Assembly: GCA_030745875.1 (NCBI GenBank)
Contig: JASLNT010000050.1
Coordinates: 3,115-67,114 of the forward strand
Source: Phycisphaerae bacterium
Lineage (GTDB): Bacteria > Planctomycetota > Phycisphaerae > SM23-33
DNA: 64,000 nucleotides
Direction of reading: 5' to 3'
The position numbers and the translations under genes are program-made. The notes under the pieces were generated by a model. It ran no database searches. It had not been told where the DNA came from and was given only the letters and a program-made list of their open reading frames with translations. Shown piece after piece: positions 27,839-38,201 of the stretch. The stretch's first letter is position 1. Every line of letters starts with the position of its first letter.

Positions 27839-30067
27839 TCAGTGACGCACTTGTATTCGATTGCCTGATTTGGTGATCTGGATTCTCTCCAGCGTCACCA
27901 AGCCCCATTTGTCGGCTTCCACCTTACCGTTCTGAATAGCTTTATCTCCGCCCAGAGGCGTGTTGGTCCACGTGAACGTTTTTCCTGGCGGACATTTGAA
28001 TTGTTGTAGGCGGCGTGGGGTTACGTTTGCAGTGCACTTGTCGGCTGGGGCGTTGGGCATCAGTTTCACGGTCATCTCCCACCGATCGGGCTTGTCGACG
28101 ATTGCCCCGGTGTCCCAATACAACCAACGATTCGCGTATCCCGACGGGTCGCCGTCGTAGGGGTCCTTCATTATGCGACCTTCACGGTTCTTGTGTTCGG
28201 CGGGCGAGGCGAGCTTCTTGCCCGTGCCCGGGTCCCCGTCGAGACTGCATTTTGTGAAGGCGGGCAGAGATGCGTCCGTGCGGATGTCGAGCGGTAGGGA
28301 ATTGCCTGAGGCGCCCGGTCCGGGAAGCACAGCTCGAACGCCGTGTCCGCCGAGAGCCCAGTGGAAAACGTGCGGCTGGCGGGCTTCCTGGAGGGCTTGA
28401 AAGTACGCCAACGCCTGAGGCCAGCCGATAGCTCCGTCATCCTTACCGTTGCCGAAACAGATTAGCGGCATGGATGTTCCCGGGTGCTTTCGAATCCAGG
28501 CCGCATCGTCGAAGTGTTCAAAGGCGGTGGTTCCGCTTTCGTGTTTGAGTTTCCAGTCAAGCCTGCCGTAGCACAATTCGTACGAACCCAGGAAACGAGG
28601 CGTACGCGCCGGTATGTGTACGCCCACCCACGACGAGACCCACGCCACGCGCTTGGGTCGGTGCGTTGCGTAGACCGGGGCGCCCGAACCGCCCATCGAG
28701 TTTCCGGCTGCTATGGTTCGAGTTGGGTCTATTCGGTAGTTGGCGCAGACCCAGTCGAAGAACGCATCATATCGCTTTTGCGTGTACGATCGGACCACGC
28801 CGGTGGACCACGATTTCCACGTGCCTTTGGCCTGGTGGTATCCGGTCCACCAGTCGTACGGAATCTGGTTTGTCGACACAAGCACGGTTGTCGCCGGCGG
28901 GCGATTATACCACCATCCGTACCCTCCATTCAGGCTTCCGCCCCAGCAGTGGAACGCCATGCACGCCGGCGCGGGCCACTTGACCTTGTCCGGGACCGCA
29001 ACCAGGTAATCGAAAGGGCGGCTGGGGATGTTCGAGCGCGGAGGGGCCTCCCAGCGAACGTAGTATCGCAGCGTGGGCCTGGTGTGGTACATGAACTTGT
29101 CGGGCTTTTCGGTTCGCTGGAGGATCGGCTCGCCCGGGCCGACGATTTCGTCTATCGGACCGATCGTATTCATGTCGCCGAACTTCTCCAGGTCCTCGGC
29201 CCCGTTCACGGCGACAGTCACCGCATACCACGCCTTGCCCGCTTTGACCGGATTGTGTGCGTAGACGCCCACGCCGGGCTTCACCGGACCCTTGCCGTCC
29301 TCGACGGCGTAACGCAGCGCGGGCTTGTCCTTCTTCGGGTAGATTCCGTAATACTCACCGTTCCAGCAGGTAAGCGGTTGGATTTCGTCGATCAGCACGG
29401 CCTGGCCGATAGTCTTCGCTGAGATTGGCTCGCTGGATCGGTATATGCGATACGTGGTTTTTTTTGCCCCCGCATCAAGCTTCTTACGGGCGGCGCGGAG
29501 TTCGGCGATCGTGAGTTTTGTTGCAGTGATCGGTGCGTTGAACTCGTCAAATGTCAGTATTGTCTGTCCGGCGCGATGGCGGGCCTTCAAGTTCGACACG
29601 GTCGGTCCGGGGGCGGGGACCTTGCCTGCGGAAGTTACGTCCAGCCGGATCGTCTTGCCGTCCCATCCGGGCAGCGACTCGATCTTCAGCGTAAGGGTCC
29701 GTCCGGTCTTTAGCGCTGCGATTGCGGCCTCGGTGACGTCGAAGCTCCTGTAACGCGGTGGCGCGAGCGGTAAGGGCTTGCCTGCAGCCGTAACGCTGAT
29801 CCTCGCCAGCGCCTCGCGTTTCTGTCCGGAGAAAACCGGGCGTTTCATGTGGACTCGAGCGCGATATACATGGGTCTTCCCGATGGCCGAGAGATCAAAC
29901 GTGACGGTCGGCGAAGCGATTTTGACGGTATTGGCATGCGTTGCGTCGCCGCCTCCGAAAGTTGTCGTAACGGCCCCGTCAAGCAGCGCCGCCGGGAAAC
30001 AGACAAGCAGTCCAACGGCTGCGATGCTACTTATCATACGAAATGAAGACTGATGTGAATGAGTCAT
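27839..30067 (-). CDS. secreted multidomain protein, paralogue A of a tandem triplet; alpha/beta-hydrolase-like core with an intact G-N-S-M-G-G elbow
   Basis: 742 aa with SD AGGAAAGGA. N-terminal module TTTFGGGD...[10 protein letters not shown]...VYRARV (DNRLRE/CBM-like). The core has [21 protein letters not shown] and LGGHG. The conserved C-terminal beta module ends ...[11 protein letters not shown]. Confidence 0.8.
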   Translation of the reverse strand: MTHSHQSSFRMISSIAAVGLLVCFPAALLDGAVTTTFGGGDATHANTVKIASPTVTFDLSAIGKTHVYRARVHMKRPVFSGQKREALARISVTAAGKPLPLAPPRYRSFDVTEAAIAALKTGRTLTLKIESLPGWDGKTIRLDVTSAGKVPAPGPTVSNLKARHRAGQTILTFDEFNAPITATKLTIAELRAARKKLDAGAKKTTYRIYRSSEPISAKTIGQAVLIDEIQPLTCWNGEYYGIYPKKDKPALRYAVEDGKGPVKPGVGVYAHNPVKAGKAWYAVTVAVNGAEDLEKFGDMNTIGPIDEIVGPGEPILQRTEKPDKFMYHTRPTLRYYVRWEAPPRSNIPSRPFDYLVAVPDKVKWPAPACMAFHCWGGSLNGGYGWWYNRPPATTVLVSTNQIPYDWWTGYHQAKGTWKSWSTGVVRSYTQKRYDAFFDWVCANYRIDPTRTIAAGNSMGGSGAPVYATHRPKRVAWVSSWVGVHIPARTPRFLGSYELCYGRLDWKLKHESGTTAFEHFDDAAWIRKHPGTSMPLICFGNGKDDGAIGWPQALAYFQALQEARQPHVFHWALGGHGVRAVLPGPGASGNSLPLDIRTDASLPAFTKCSLDGDPGTGKKLASPAEHKNREGRIMKDPYDGDPSGYANRWLYWDTGAIVDKPDRWEMTVKLMPNAPADKCTANVTPRRLQQFKCPPGKTFTWTNTPLGGDKAIQNGKVEADKWGLVTLERIQITKSGNRIQVRH

Positions 30068-30115
30068 TCCGCTGTCCTTTCCTGGGCTATGATCCGGCCG
30101 CCTCAGACCGGCGCA

Positions 30116-32329
30116 TCACTCGGTGCGGCGGATTGTAAGGCGGCTTTTCTGTTTGCCCAGACGCAGGTTCTTCACCGTCACCAGCCCCCATTTATCAGCA
30201 ACAGCCCTGCCGGACTGGAACGGTTTTGCGTCTTTGGCGTTCGAGTGTGTCCATGCAAATCGCTGGCCCGCCTTTGCTTTGAACTTGCGGCATCGGCGGG
30301 GGGTCAGGTCGGTAGTGCATGTTTCGGCGGGGCAGTTGTCTCGCAGGCTGACGGTGATCTCGAATTTGTCGGGCTCATCAAGCAGCGTCTCGGGCTGCCA
30401 AATCTGGTATAGATTGATCCCTCCGCCTTTTTCCGCATCGGTGTGGTCGCCGTCGCCGGGCGTGTGGTCCAGCGAGCAGTTTCCGAAGGCGGGCAGCGCC
30501 TGATCGCGCCTGATGCGTGTCACCAGATCGCGCAGAGGTCTGACACCACCGGGTCCGTTGGACGACCAGTTGGCTGCGAACGCCCGCTTTGTCGAGGCCA
30601 TTGCGTGGATCATTTCGGGCCAGGGCATGAAGCCGAAATCGCCGATCGTGTGGCTGGGATATGCTCCGTAGGCCGGCCAGCACAACCAGTATGGCAGCTC
30701 CACTGTCGGATTCCGGCGCACCCACTTGGCGAGGTTCATGTACTCCCACTGGTCGACGCCGCGCCAGTTCTTGGAGCCCTTCGGGTACGGTCCCCATTTC
30801 CAACCGTGCTTCTGGGCCTCCTTGCCGATGGCGATATTCCCGTATCCGTTAGACATGACAACGGAGAAGACGTCCCCGTGTCGCAGCGCCCAGTGGGCCA
30901 TCTGCCCCCAGATGTAAGTACGCTGCGGGTCGAGGTGCAGGTCTTTCCTCGACAGCGCCCATGCTGCAGCCGACAGGACGCGCCGCTGCGGGTAGTTGTG
31001 GACGACGCCCTGCTTGTAGCTTCCCAGCGTGCCGATACACTCATGAAATCCCTGCCACATGCCGCCCTCGGCCAGGCCGACCGTCAGTACGCCCTTGAGG
31101 TGTCTTCTGGCCCGATGCCAACCCGGATTGCTCATCTCCGTAGCCGAGCCGCCGTGGGTGGTCTGCTTGACAAACAGCCCCAACTTACGTTTCGGCGTGC
31201 CTGGGGGAGTGTCCTTCCACCTGGCGACGAATACTTCTGAAACGTGGGGCACGTTGTGGTACGGCGGGCTCAGCCAGGCGCTGTAAACATCCACAACGCA
31301 TTGACCGCCCCGGGGGTCTTTGCGGCTGCGCTGGTGGATGAGTGCGGGGAACCTCGCCGGTTTTTCATCTACGGGTTTGGTCAGGGCTGCGCCGCCGAAA
31401 CTTCCGACCGCCTCCCGCCCGTCGACCGCCGTCGAGACAGCGTAGTACAACCGAGCGAGTTTGGCGGCGGTGGACACCGCCAGGCCCGTCGCGCGGGGCA
31501 GGGGCGGGCCGTTCGGCGTTATGCGGTATCGGGTCATCACGTGATTCAACGCCAGATTTCGACCAGGGCGAAGTGGAGACCTTTTTGTTTTCGTGCCCTG
31601 GTTCGGGTGCTCGGTGTTCCGAATGGCCAGCAGATTCCAGGCTGGTGTCACCGCAGGTATCTCGATCGCGAGTCGGGCCTGGGCGATTGTCCCGGATGTT
31701 ATGGGCTTTGTGTGCACGTAGATTCTGTAGGCGACGCGCCGTTTGGCGCGGGCGCGCAGTATGGCCTGGTCGAACGCCTCGAATGCAGGGGCGTCAGCGC
31801 CGACGACATCCTCGATTTCCCGCCAGGTCAGGAACGTCTGGCCGGATTGGTGGACGGCCCGCAACTGCGTGACCTGGCGCAAAGGCTTCTTGATCGTCCC
31901 GAGATAACTGACCTCCAGCACGGCCTGGTCGAACCTGACGCCCCCGTCGGCCTCGATACGCAGGCCGAGATTGCTCTTGGCGTCCGCCGTCCAGGCTCCG
32001 ACTGCTTCGGCGGCGTCGAAGGTCACGTAGTCCGGCGGGCGCAGCAGCAGTGGTTTCTCACCCGCGACGCCGACGGGTGTCACACGCACCTCGGCCCCGT
32101 GCCGATGTCCCCGGGTATCAGTGCGGAGGACCGCCCGAATGATATTCTTCCCGGCAACGGCGCTGAGGTCGAACTGCAATGCCTGCCGGGACGCCTTCAA
32201 CGTTCCGCGGTGCTCGCAGTGCGGGGCGTTGCCGAAAGTTGTCGTAATCAAACCCTTCTCGGCGGCGAGCGTTCTTCCGGCCGGCAGGATCAACGCGATG
32301 ATCGTCAAGAAACTCCAAAGGGCTTTCAT
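30116..32329 (-). CDS. secreted multidomain protein, paralogue B of the triplet; predicted nucleophile and His positions substituted
   Basis: 737 aa. ATG 32329 overlaps the stop of paralogue C (ATGA), with SD GGAGGTGGAG. Signal peptide MKALWSFLTIIALILPAGRTLAA. The architecture matches A, but the elbow region reads IWGQMAHWA. Confidence 0.8.
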   Translation of the reverse strand: MKALWSFLTIIALILPAGRTLAAEKGLITTTFGNAPHCEHRGTLKASRQALQFDLSAVAGKNIIRAVLRTDTRGHRHGAEVRVTPVGVAGEKPLLLRPPDYVTFDAAEAVGAWTADAKSNLGLRIEADGGVRFDQAVLEVSYLGTIKKPLRQVTQLRAVHQSGQTFLTWREIEDVVGADAPAFEAFDQAILRARAKRRVAYRIYVHTKPITSGTIAQARLAIEIPAVTPAWNLLAIRNTEHPNQGTKTKRSPLRPGRNLALNHVMTRYRITPNGPPLPRATGLAVSTAAKLARLYYAVSTAVDGREAVGSFGGAALTKPVDEKPARFPALIHQRSRKDPRGGQCVVDVYSAWLSPPYHNVPHVSEVFVARWKDTPPGTPKRKLGLFVKQTTHGGSATEMSNPGWHRARRHLKGVLTVGLAEGGMWQGFHECIGTLGSYKQGVVHNYPQRRVLSAAAWALSRKDLHLDPQRTYIWGQMAHWALRHGDVFSVVMSNGYGNIAIGKEAQKHGWKWGPYPKGSKNWRGVDQWEYMNLAKWVRRNPTVELPYWLCWPAYGAYPSHTIGDFGFMPWPEMIHAMASTKRAFAANWSSNGPGGVRPLRDLVTRIRRDQALPAFGNCSLDHTPGDGDHTDAEKGGGINLYQIWQPETLLDEPDKFEITVSLRDNCPAETCTTDLTPRRCRKFKAKAGQRFAWTHSNAKDAKPFQSGRAVADKWGLVTVKNLRLGKQKSRLTIRRTE

Positions 32330-34743
32330 TTCTCCACCTCCTTCGTCTCAAGCCGCACGATCAGCCGCGCTGGCGCCGCGAAGGTTACGTTAGCTATGGG
32401 GATGTGCCCGTGCTCATCGACTTTCGTCCGACCGCGCTGAAGTAGTTTCTTGGACTTCAGATCCGTTGTGGTCCACTGCAACTTCACCCCGCGTTTCGGG
32501 GCAAATCGCTGCAGGTTACGGATCGTCACGTCGCACGCCACTTTGCCTGCGTAGGTTACGTCAGGGGCGGTGTAGATCGTTATTTCCAATCGATCGGGTT
32601 GATCGACGATAGTCTCGCTGTTCCACCGCGGGCGCGTGTTGAGTCGGCTTCCGCCCCCGTATCCTCGCTTGCCCGTGTCGAAATGCGTCTCGAAGAACTT
32701 CGCGTTTGGGCTGCGAACCAGGGCGTTGCAGGCGAGCACAGGGCGGTCAGTGCGCGGTTCGAACTCCTCGGCCGGAAGCGGCACGTGGGCTCTTCCGCCC
32801 CAGAAGAAGGGCGCCATTACCGCGTTTCGCGTGTCGAGATACGCCTTCATCAGCTCGGTTTCCTGCTTCCATGTTACGTGCATTGCCCCGGCCCCGAGCG
32901 AGATAAAGGGCAGAGTCTTGCGATCTCCGACGGAGCGCACGTAGGCCGGAAGGTTTACTTCGTCCCATATCTTCTTGCCGCTTTGGGCCTCGATGCCCCA
33001 GGCGATACGGCCCCAGACGGCGACCATGTCTTTTCTGCGTGTGTCGCTACGGTCGCCTCTTCCGTAGCGGCTGTAGACGTCGGGTGTCTGGCGGGGATCC
33101 GGATCGGGAGAGTTCTCTGCGCAGATGTAGGCGATCTTCCCCGGGCGCCGCAGACCGTATTGCAGCGCGGCCGTACCGCCCAGATACCCTCTTCCGCCGC
33201 ATGAAACCCGGCCCGCGTCGGCGCCGAACTTTCTCAACGCCCATTCGGTAAACGCCTCGGTGCGGCGTGCGAAGAATGGTTGGACCTTGCCCTGCTTCAG
33301 CGATCGCAGCGTTCCCAGCGATTCGTGGTATCCATAACCGAACGACCGAATCGGCGCGTCGTGGGGCGAGAGTATGATCGCGTCCTTGCGGTGGGGCCAG
33401 GGCGGTTTGAGATAGCGTTGGCGGTAGTCGTGGAAAAAAATGACCATTCGTTTCGCCGCAGCTGTCGCGAAATCCCGCGGTAGGAACACGCCCCAGTTGT
33501 AATACTGGTTTGGCAGGTGGCTGTGCGGGGGCGCCGACCACTGCACGTATTGATTCCGCCTACCCGGGTAATCGTAGAAGACCGTCACGTCCGGTTGTCC
33601 CTGAAGGACCGGCTGGCCCGGGCCGACTACCTCGCCCAGGGCTTGCCCCGTCGTATTGGCTCCGGAGAAATCGCGCGTGTTCGCCACACCATCGGCGACA
33701 GATACAACCGCGTAGTACGCCCGGCCGGGCTTTTTGGGCTGGTGCACGTAGAGCCCCATGTGGGGCTCCAGCGGTTTGGCGGGGACGATCGCCAGGCGAC
33801 CAATGCGCACTTCGCCCATCTCGGGCATGTCCGGATGATACTTTGAGAAGTAATTATTGCGGGCCAGGCGTTTGGCGAAATCAGTGTCTTCGAGCGCCCT
33901 GCGTCGGTGAATTGCTATGAGTTGGTCGACGGAACGCCCCCGGATGTTGTAGCCGCTCATAGGCTTGACTTCGCCGAGCAGGCGGGCTTTGGCGAGCGTG
34001 TCGGCTGTTATGCGTTCGGCGCTGCGATAGATGCGATAGCGAAGCTCGCTCCTGGCGTCCATCGTGTCGAGTTGCTGCTTCATCGCCGCCCACGTCGGAG
34101 CCTTGCTGGAGGAACGATCGTCGGTTTCGCGGAAGACGATGAAAGTCTGCCCGGCCCGATGCAGGACCTTCAAACCGCTTGCCTGGGCGGGGACCTTGCC
34201 AACTTCGCCTTCGTAGGCTACGTCCAGAGCGACTGCGTCGCGACGCCACAGCGGACACGCGCGGACCAGGAATCCGCCGTTGGGCTTACCCGCCGCCCAT
34301 GCGCGAACGGCCCCGGTGGCGTCGAAACGGTCGTACCAGGGACCGCGAAGCTTCAATGTGTCTCCGACTTCGGCGGGCTTATCACCAGCCTTGAACGCTG
34401 CCCCCAGAGGGCGAATATCGATGTCGCGCACCGCCTCGTCCTGCCGGCCGTCAATTGCCCGAGTCCGGAATATTCGCAAGTCCGCCCGGTAGATTCTCAC
34501 GTCTTTCGGCAGGGTCGACAGGTCGAATCGCACCACGTGCTGATTTTCGCTGGTCGGGAGGATCTCGCAGCCTTTGGCCTTCCTCGGCTGGGGGGGGCGA
34601 TCAGCCGGCTTGGCGCTGCCATTGGACGGCGGGGGAGTTTGCGGTGCTTGACCCCATCGTTGCGTCACAATCCCCGCCTGTGCTGAGACGCACAAGACGC
34701 TCAGGGAGAAGACGGCGGACACGCTGAGCTGCGCTGGGCTCAT
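32326..34743 (-). CDS. secreted multidomain protein, paralogue C of the triplet; elbow reads GGRGYLGG
   Basis: The start was trimmed to ATG 34743 (after AGGAAGATT), giving MSPAQLSVSAVFSLSVLCVSAQAG. It shares the FDLS N-terminal module, the YRIYRS region, the core and the C-terminal beta module with A and B. Confidence 0.8.
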   Translation of the reverse strand: MSPAQLSVSAVFSLSVLCVSAQAGIVTQRWGQAPQTPPPSNGSAKPADRPPQPRKAKGCEILPTSENQHVVRFDLSTLPKDVRIYRADLRIFRTRAIDGRQDEAVRDIDIRPLGAAFKAGDKPAEVGDTLKLRGPWYDRFDATGAVRAWAAGKPNGGFLVRACPLWRRDAVALDVAYEGEVGKVPAQASGLKVLHRAGQTFIVFRETDDRSSSKAPTWAAMKQQLDTMDARSELRYRIYRSAERITADTLAKARLLGEVKPMSGYNIRGRSVDQLIAIHRRRALEDTDFAKRLARNNYFSKYHPDMPEMGEVRIGRLAIVPAKPLEPHMGLYVHQPKKPGRAYYAVVSVADGVANTRDFSGANTTGQALGEVVGPGQPVLQGQPDVTVFYDYPGRRNQYVQWSAPPHSHLPNQYYNWGVFLPRDFATAAAKRMVIFFHDYRQRYLKPPWPHRKDAIILSPHDAPIRSFGYGYHESLGTLRSLKQGKVQPFFARRTEAFTEWALRKFGADAGRVSCGGRGYLGGTAALQYGLRRPGKIAYICAENSPDPDPRQTPDVYSRYGRGDRSDTRRKDMVAVWGRIAWGIEAQSGKKIWDEVNLPAYVRSVGDRKTLPFISLGAGAMHVTWKQETELMKAYLDTRNAVMAPFFWGGRAHVPLPAEEFEPRTDRPVLACNALVRSPNAKFFETHFDTGKRGYGGGSRLNTRPRWNSETIVDQPDRLEITIYTAPDVTYAGKVACDVTIRNLQRFAPKRGVKLQWTTTDLKSKKLLQRGRTKVDEHGHIPIANVTFAAPARLIVRLETKEVEK

Positions 34744-34803
34744 AATCTTCCTCGCTCTACTGTACACAATAACGAAATCTGAACAAGAGAACCCGAGTTT
34801 GCT

Positions 34804-35739
34804 CTACTTCAGCACTTCGCCTTTGGTGACGTCGCCCTTGGCGTCCAGGAGGAACAGGCCCGAAATCGCGCTGAGTCGTTTGTCGTAGACTTTCCAGACG
34901 ACCTTCTTGTCGGGGGTGATCTCGAAGAACTGAGGATTCCCGCCGTACCATCCGGTCACCGTGTTTCCGTTGCTCAGGCGCTGCAGGCCGCAGACGAATT
35001 TGCATTTGAAGCCTTCGGGCTGGTCCTTCGGCTCGAACTTCCAGACGATCTTGTCCTTGGGGTCGATCTCCACGATCGTGCCCGTTCCACCGGTCGTAAT
35101 CAGCGTATTGCCGTTCTTCAACCGCAGCACGCCGTGCAGTTTGGCGCTCTTTACGCCCAGTGCGTTCAGGTCGATTGTCCGGACGATCTTGCCCGCCCCG
35201 TCGAGTTCCTTTACGACACCCTCGCCCGTGAACGCCACCACGTACGTTCCCTTGGCGGTCTTGCGAGCCATACGGAACTGATCGTGAATCTTTGTGGTTG
35301 TCGTGGTGAGCTTGATCTCTTTGGCGACCTTGCCCTGGCGGTCGACCTCGACCAGGCGGCTGGTCCCGCATTCGCAGATCAGGACATTCCCGTTGGGCAG
35401 CGGTTGACAGGAGTGGATCTCGAGCCCCTTGACGTTCGGGGCCTTGTATTCCCATACGACCTTCTTGTCCTTGACGGTCACCTCTTTGGCGCCGGTGCGA
35501 TGGCAGAACAGGAGGTTCCCGTTGGGCAGCTTCCAGACGTCCTGGACGTTTCTGGCGGGGTATTCCCACTCGATTTCGCCCTTGGGCGAGACTATACAAA
35601 TTTTGCCTGCTCGGAAGCATTGGGCGATGAACGGATGGGATATCTTCGCGGGCTTCGGGTCGGCGGCTTGGCAATTTGCAAAGAAAACACCGGCCGTTGC
35701 CAGCAGAACAGCCGAAGCCAACACGCTGTTTCGGTTCAT
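34804..35739 (-). CDS. secreted beta-propeller protein (PQQ/BamB-like repeats)
   Basis: Signal peptide MNRNSVLASAVLLATAGVFFANCQA. Repeated blade-like segments (VWEY..., LPNGNLLF, LPNGNVLI, LKNGNTLI, LSNGNTV). SD AAAGGAA lies upstream. Confidence 0.7.
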   Translation of the reverse strand: MNRNSVLASAVLLATAGVFFANCQAADPKPAKISHPFIAQCFRAGKICIVSPKGEIEWEYPARNVQDVWKLPNGNLLFCHRTGAKEVTVKDKKVVWEYKAPNVKGLEIHSCQPLPNGNVLICECGTSRLVEVDRQGKVAKEIKLTTTTTKIHDQFRMARKTAKGTYVVAFTGEGVVKELDGAGKIVRTIDLNALGVKSAKLHGVLRLKNGNTLITTGGTGTIVEIDPKDKIVWKFEPKDQPEGFKCKFVCGLQRLSNGNTVTGWYGGNPQFFEITPDKKVVWKVYDKRLSAISGLFLLDAKGDVTKGEVLK

Positions 35740-35810
35740 GGTCGATTCCTTTCAGATTGGGTGCGTAGAAGAGCCCTCAAGCCTACCAGAACGTTCCGAC
35801 GCCTGCAATC

Positions 35811-36818
35811 TTAGTCGGCGTAGAAGGCGTCTGGCGCCAGTTCGTCGAAACCGCCGCCGGCGTGCAGATGGCGTCGGACATCCATGCACAGATCGCATTT
35901 GGAGATGTAGGCGTCGTTTTTGGGCTCGTAATTGTGATGCTCGCCGGCCCACTGCATCAGGGCGTGGGGCCCGCCGGTAGCCAGGCGCCAGAAGATCGGA
36001 TGACTTTCCGACGTGATTTTCGGGTGCAGGTCGCCGATCCTCCCCGCTGCAATACCGGGGCAGAGACCGGTGAACAGGTTTCCGAACGGATCGATGTGAA
36101 AGTGGCTGGTGTCGGCAAGAGTCTCGCCGCATCGGCATGAGCGATAGTGCTCGGCGGGTTGGGCCTGGTAGCCTTCGCGGAGTTCTTCGAGTACGCGTCC
36201 GCCCGGGATCAGGCCGTAGATATCCCCGACAGGGCCGACCCGATCTCCCAAACCGGCGGCTTGGCGGAATTCCGCCAGCGTGTTGGTCTTGTCGGCGGGC
36301 ATTTGCGACAGGGCCTGGTAGAACTGCGGTATCCAGACTATCACCCCGCCGCGCCCGAATACTTCGATGGCGGCTTCTACGCACGCTTGCGTCCGGGCGA
36401 ACGGGATGAACTCGTTGTGGTAGGGCGATGCGCTTACCAGGACGCCCGGAAGCCCGGCCTGGGCGAGTTTGGAGAAGCCTTCGCGGGCGGTCTTGCCGTC
36501 GGTGCACCACATTCCGTTTGTTTCCAGATAGCTCAACCGGACGCCCATCGGTGCGGCCAGTGCGACCACGTCGGCAAGCAGGTCCATCTTCAGCGCGGCT
36601 TCTCCGCCGGCGAGATGAACGTCGCGGAGTCGCGGTTCGCCGGCCAGTGCGGCGAACACTTCTTCGGCCCGTTCGAGAGACATCCACGTGTCGGCCTGCT
36701 GCGGCGAACATCGGTACAGGCAATGCTTGCACTTGTTGGTGCAGCGGTAGGTGAGCATAATTCCGCCCGACGTGAGCGGGGGAATCGTAAGAGTTGTGTC
36801 CGATGATTGCTGATCCAT
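35811..36818 (-). CDS. radical SAM protein with Cys-rich C-terminal (SPASM/twitch-like) region
   Basis: C-x3-C-x2-C motif CTNKCKHC near the N-terminus (GGIMLTYRCTNKCKHCLYRC). Additional C-terminal cysteines at CRCG, CPG and CDLC. Confidence 0.8.
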   Translation of the reverse strand: MDQQSSDTTLTIPPLTSGGIMLTYRCTNKCKHCLYRCSPQQADTWMSLERAEEVFAALAGEPRLRDVHLAGGEAALKMDLLADVVALAAPMGVRLSYLETNGMWCTDGKTAREGFSKLAQAGLPGVLVSASPYHNEFIPFARTQACVEAAIEVFGRGGVIVWIPQFYQALSQMPADKTNTLAEFRQAAGLGDRVGPVGDIYGLIPGGRVLEELREGYQAQPAEHYRSCRCGETLADTSHFHIDPFGNLFTGLCPGIAAGRIGDLHPKITSESHPIFWRLATGGPHALMQWAGEHHNYEPKNDAYISKCDLCMDVRRHLHAGGGFDELAPDAFYAD

Positions 36819-36826
36819 TAGGCGCG

Positions 36827-38179
36827 TCAGATCGGTTTTCCACCGATGGGACCTGTGGTTGGTACGGGGAAAGTGGTTCCGCCGGCGGGGAAGACCGTCA
36901 CCTTCTGCGGGTCCGAGCCGAGGAGCTTTTCGGCGGCTGCGAAGGCGTCTTCGGGCGTTGGGAATACTTCGAGTCCGGGGAAGTTCGCTCCGGTTTCGTG
37001 CAGGCTGCGCGCCACCAGGAAAATCGGATTGCGGTGAATCGTCTGCAGACCCATTCGCACGAAGAATCCCGCATCTCCAGCCAGCCTGGGAACCAACCGC
37101 AGCAGCAGCGAACAGAGCGCCTCAGGCCCCAGCCACCTGACTATCCTTCTGGTCCAGGCCGCACTGAGAGGCCATTTGGGCGGGTCCATTCCGTTGAGCC
37201 CCGCTTCGCAGCGCGACAGGCATATTATCACGCCTCCGGGGCGGGCCGCCCATCGCGTGTTAGCCACCGCCTTGAACGATTGCCATAAATCGAAATCACG
37301 CGGAAATGCGTTGGTTATAAGCACATCCGCCAGCGGAGCCGGCGTGATTATCCCGCAGGCTATCGAGCACTGTTTGGCCAGCATTCGTTGCGTGGATATC
37401 GGGTCTCCGGCTCCGATGTGAACGGGTCGATCATTATCATCGAGCATGTAATGCACCGCGAACGTCACGCCTCCGTAGGCGTCCAGCAGCTTCCCGCCGG
37501 CGTCTATCGCCGCCCGCATTGCGTTCTTCTCCGCGTCGGTCCCCACCATCTGTTTCGCGCGCCTGGTAAGGCCCAGGCGATGAAGCGGGCGGATCGTGTC
37601 CAGGTGACTGCATCCGGGGAATATCATCTTGAACCCGCCGCCGAAACCGGCCTGCAGGTGAGGGCAAACAGCCGATATTACGATTCGCAGGTCCGCTTGT
37701 GCGACTCGTTTGTCGACGAGATAATCAATCTTGCCCGCCGATCCGACCGAGACGTACTTGTTGCGATCGTGCCACGGGTTGTTTCTCCACTTGAGCTTGT
37801 CGACTTCCGGTCCGAGCTTCTCGGCGGCTTCTGCTTCGGTCATCGGAGGGTGCATTCCGTTTGCGAAGACCACTTCGACCTGATCGTCGGAGATGTTTGC
37901 GTGGCGGATTTCGCGCATCACGGTTTCCAGAATCTTGGAGACCGGTGAATGGCGGGTGATGTCTTCGACCACCAGGACAATGCGTCCGTTCGGTCTGGCT
38001 CCGAGCAGTTTACCCAGCGGCAGGGCGGTGTCGGGCTTGTTCAAAGCCGCCGCCAGACGGACAGGCCAGGCTTCCTTTCCGGGGCGCAACTGGCTTTCAG
38101 CGGTCTGCTGGACCGACCAGTTGTCGGGCAGCTCAATCGATAGACCTTTGTCGCTCCATGGTACGGAGATCGATGGCAT
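36827..38179 (-). CDS. LarA-like (DUF2088, nickel-pincer-dependent racemase/epimerase family) protein
   Basis: IVLVVEDITRHSP, FANGMHPPMT and VISAVCPHLQAGFGGGFKMIFPGC resemble the LarA N-domain blocks, including the GG-x-K motif. ATG 38179 (after AAAGGAA) gives MPSISVPWSDKGLSIELPDNW, a typical LarA start. The track start is 38239. Confidence 0.75.
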   Translation of the reverse strand: MPSISVPWSDKGLSIELPDNWSVQQTAESQLRPGKEAWPVRLAAALNKPDTALPLGKLLGARPNGRIVLVVEDITRHSPVSKILETVMREIRHANISDDQVEVVFANGMHPPMTEAEAAEKLGPEVDKLKWRNNPWHDRNKYVSVGSAGKIDYLVDKRVAQADLRIVISAVCPHLQAGFGGGFKMIFPGCSHLDTIRPLHRLGLTRRAKQMVGTDAEKNAMRAAIDAGGKLLDAYGGVTFAVHYMLDDNDRPVHIGAGDPISTQRMLAKQCSIACGIITPAPLADVLITNAFPRDFDLWQSFKAVANTRWAARPGGVIICLSRCEAGLNGMDPPKWPLSAAWTRRIVRWLGPEALCSLLLRLVPRLAGDAGFFVRMGLQTIHRNPIFLVARSLHETGANFPGLEVFPTPEDAFAAAEKLLGSDPQKVTVFPAGGTTFPVPTTGPIGGKPI

Positions 38180-38201
38180 TGGCGTTGGATTCCTTTTACT
38201 C

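Noticed and set aside
29458-34597. Other homopolymers in coding sequence: T8 at 29458-29465, A7 near 33436 and G8 at 34590-34597. These were considered as possible phase-variation sites.
   Set aside because: The reading frames continue normally through them, with no competing frame and no missing domain. That contrasts with the C10 tract at 11528.
28484-34686. Plus-strand ORFs opposite the paralogue triplet: 28484..29422 (312 aa), 30443..31240 (265 aa), 31244..32440 (398 aa), 32599..33204 (201 aa) and 33907..34686 (259 aa).
   Set aside because: They are antisense shadows with R/G/P/V-rich composition. The minus-strand frames are supported by mutual paralogy, signal peptides and SD sequences.
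27839-34767. The tandem triplet interpreted as a recent duplication or a mobile-element-driven amplification.
   Set aside because: The three genes differ in length and are clearly diverged at nucleotide level. No flanking repeats or transposase genes are present. This is an ancient paralogy, not recent amplification.
34757-36843. Alternate-frame minus-strand ORFs 34757..35674 (305 aa) and 35752..36843 (363 aa), which overlap the propeller and radical-SAM genes.
   Set aside because: They are extremely R/P/G/Q-rich, which is nonsense-like composition. The competing frames contain the propeller repeats and the CTNKCKHC radical-SAM motif.
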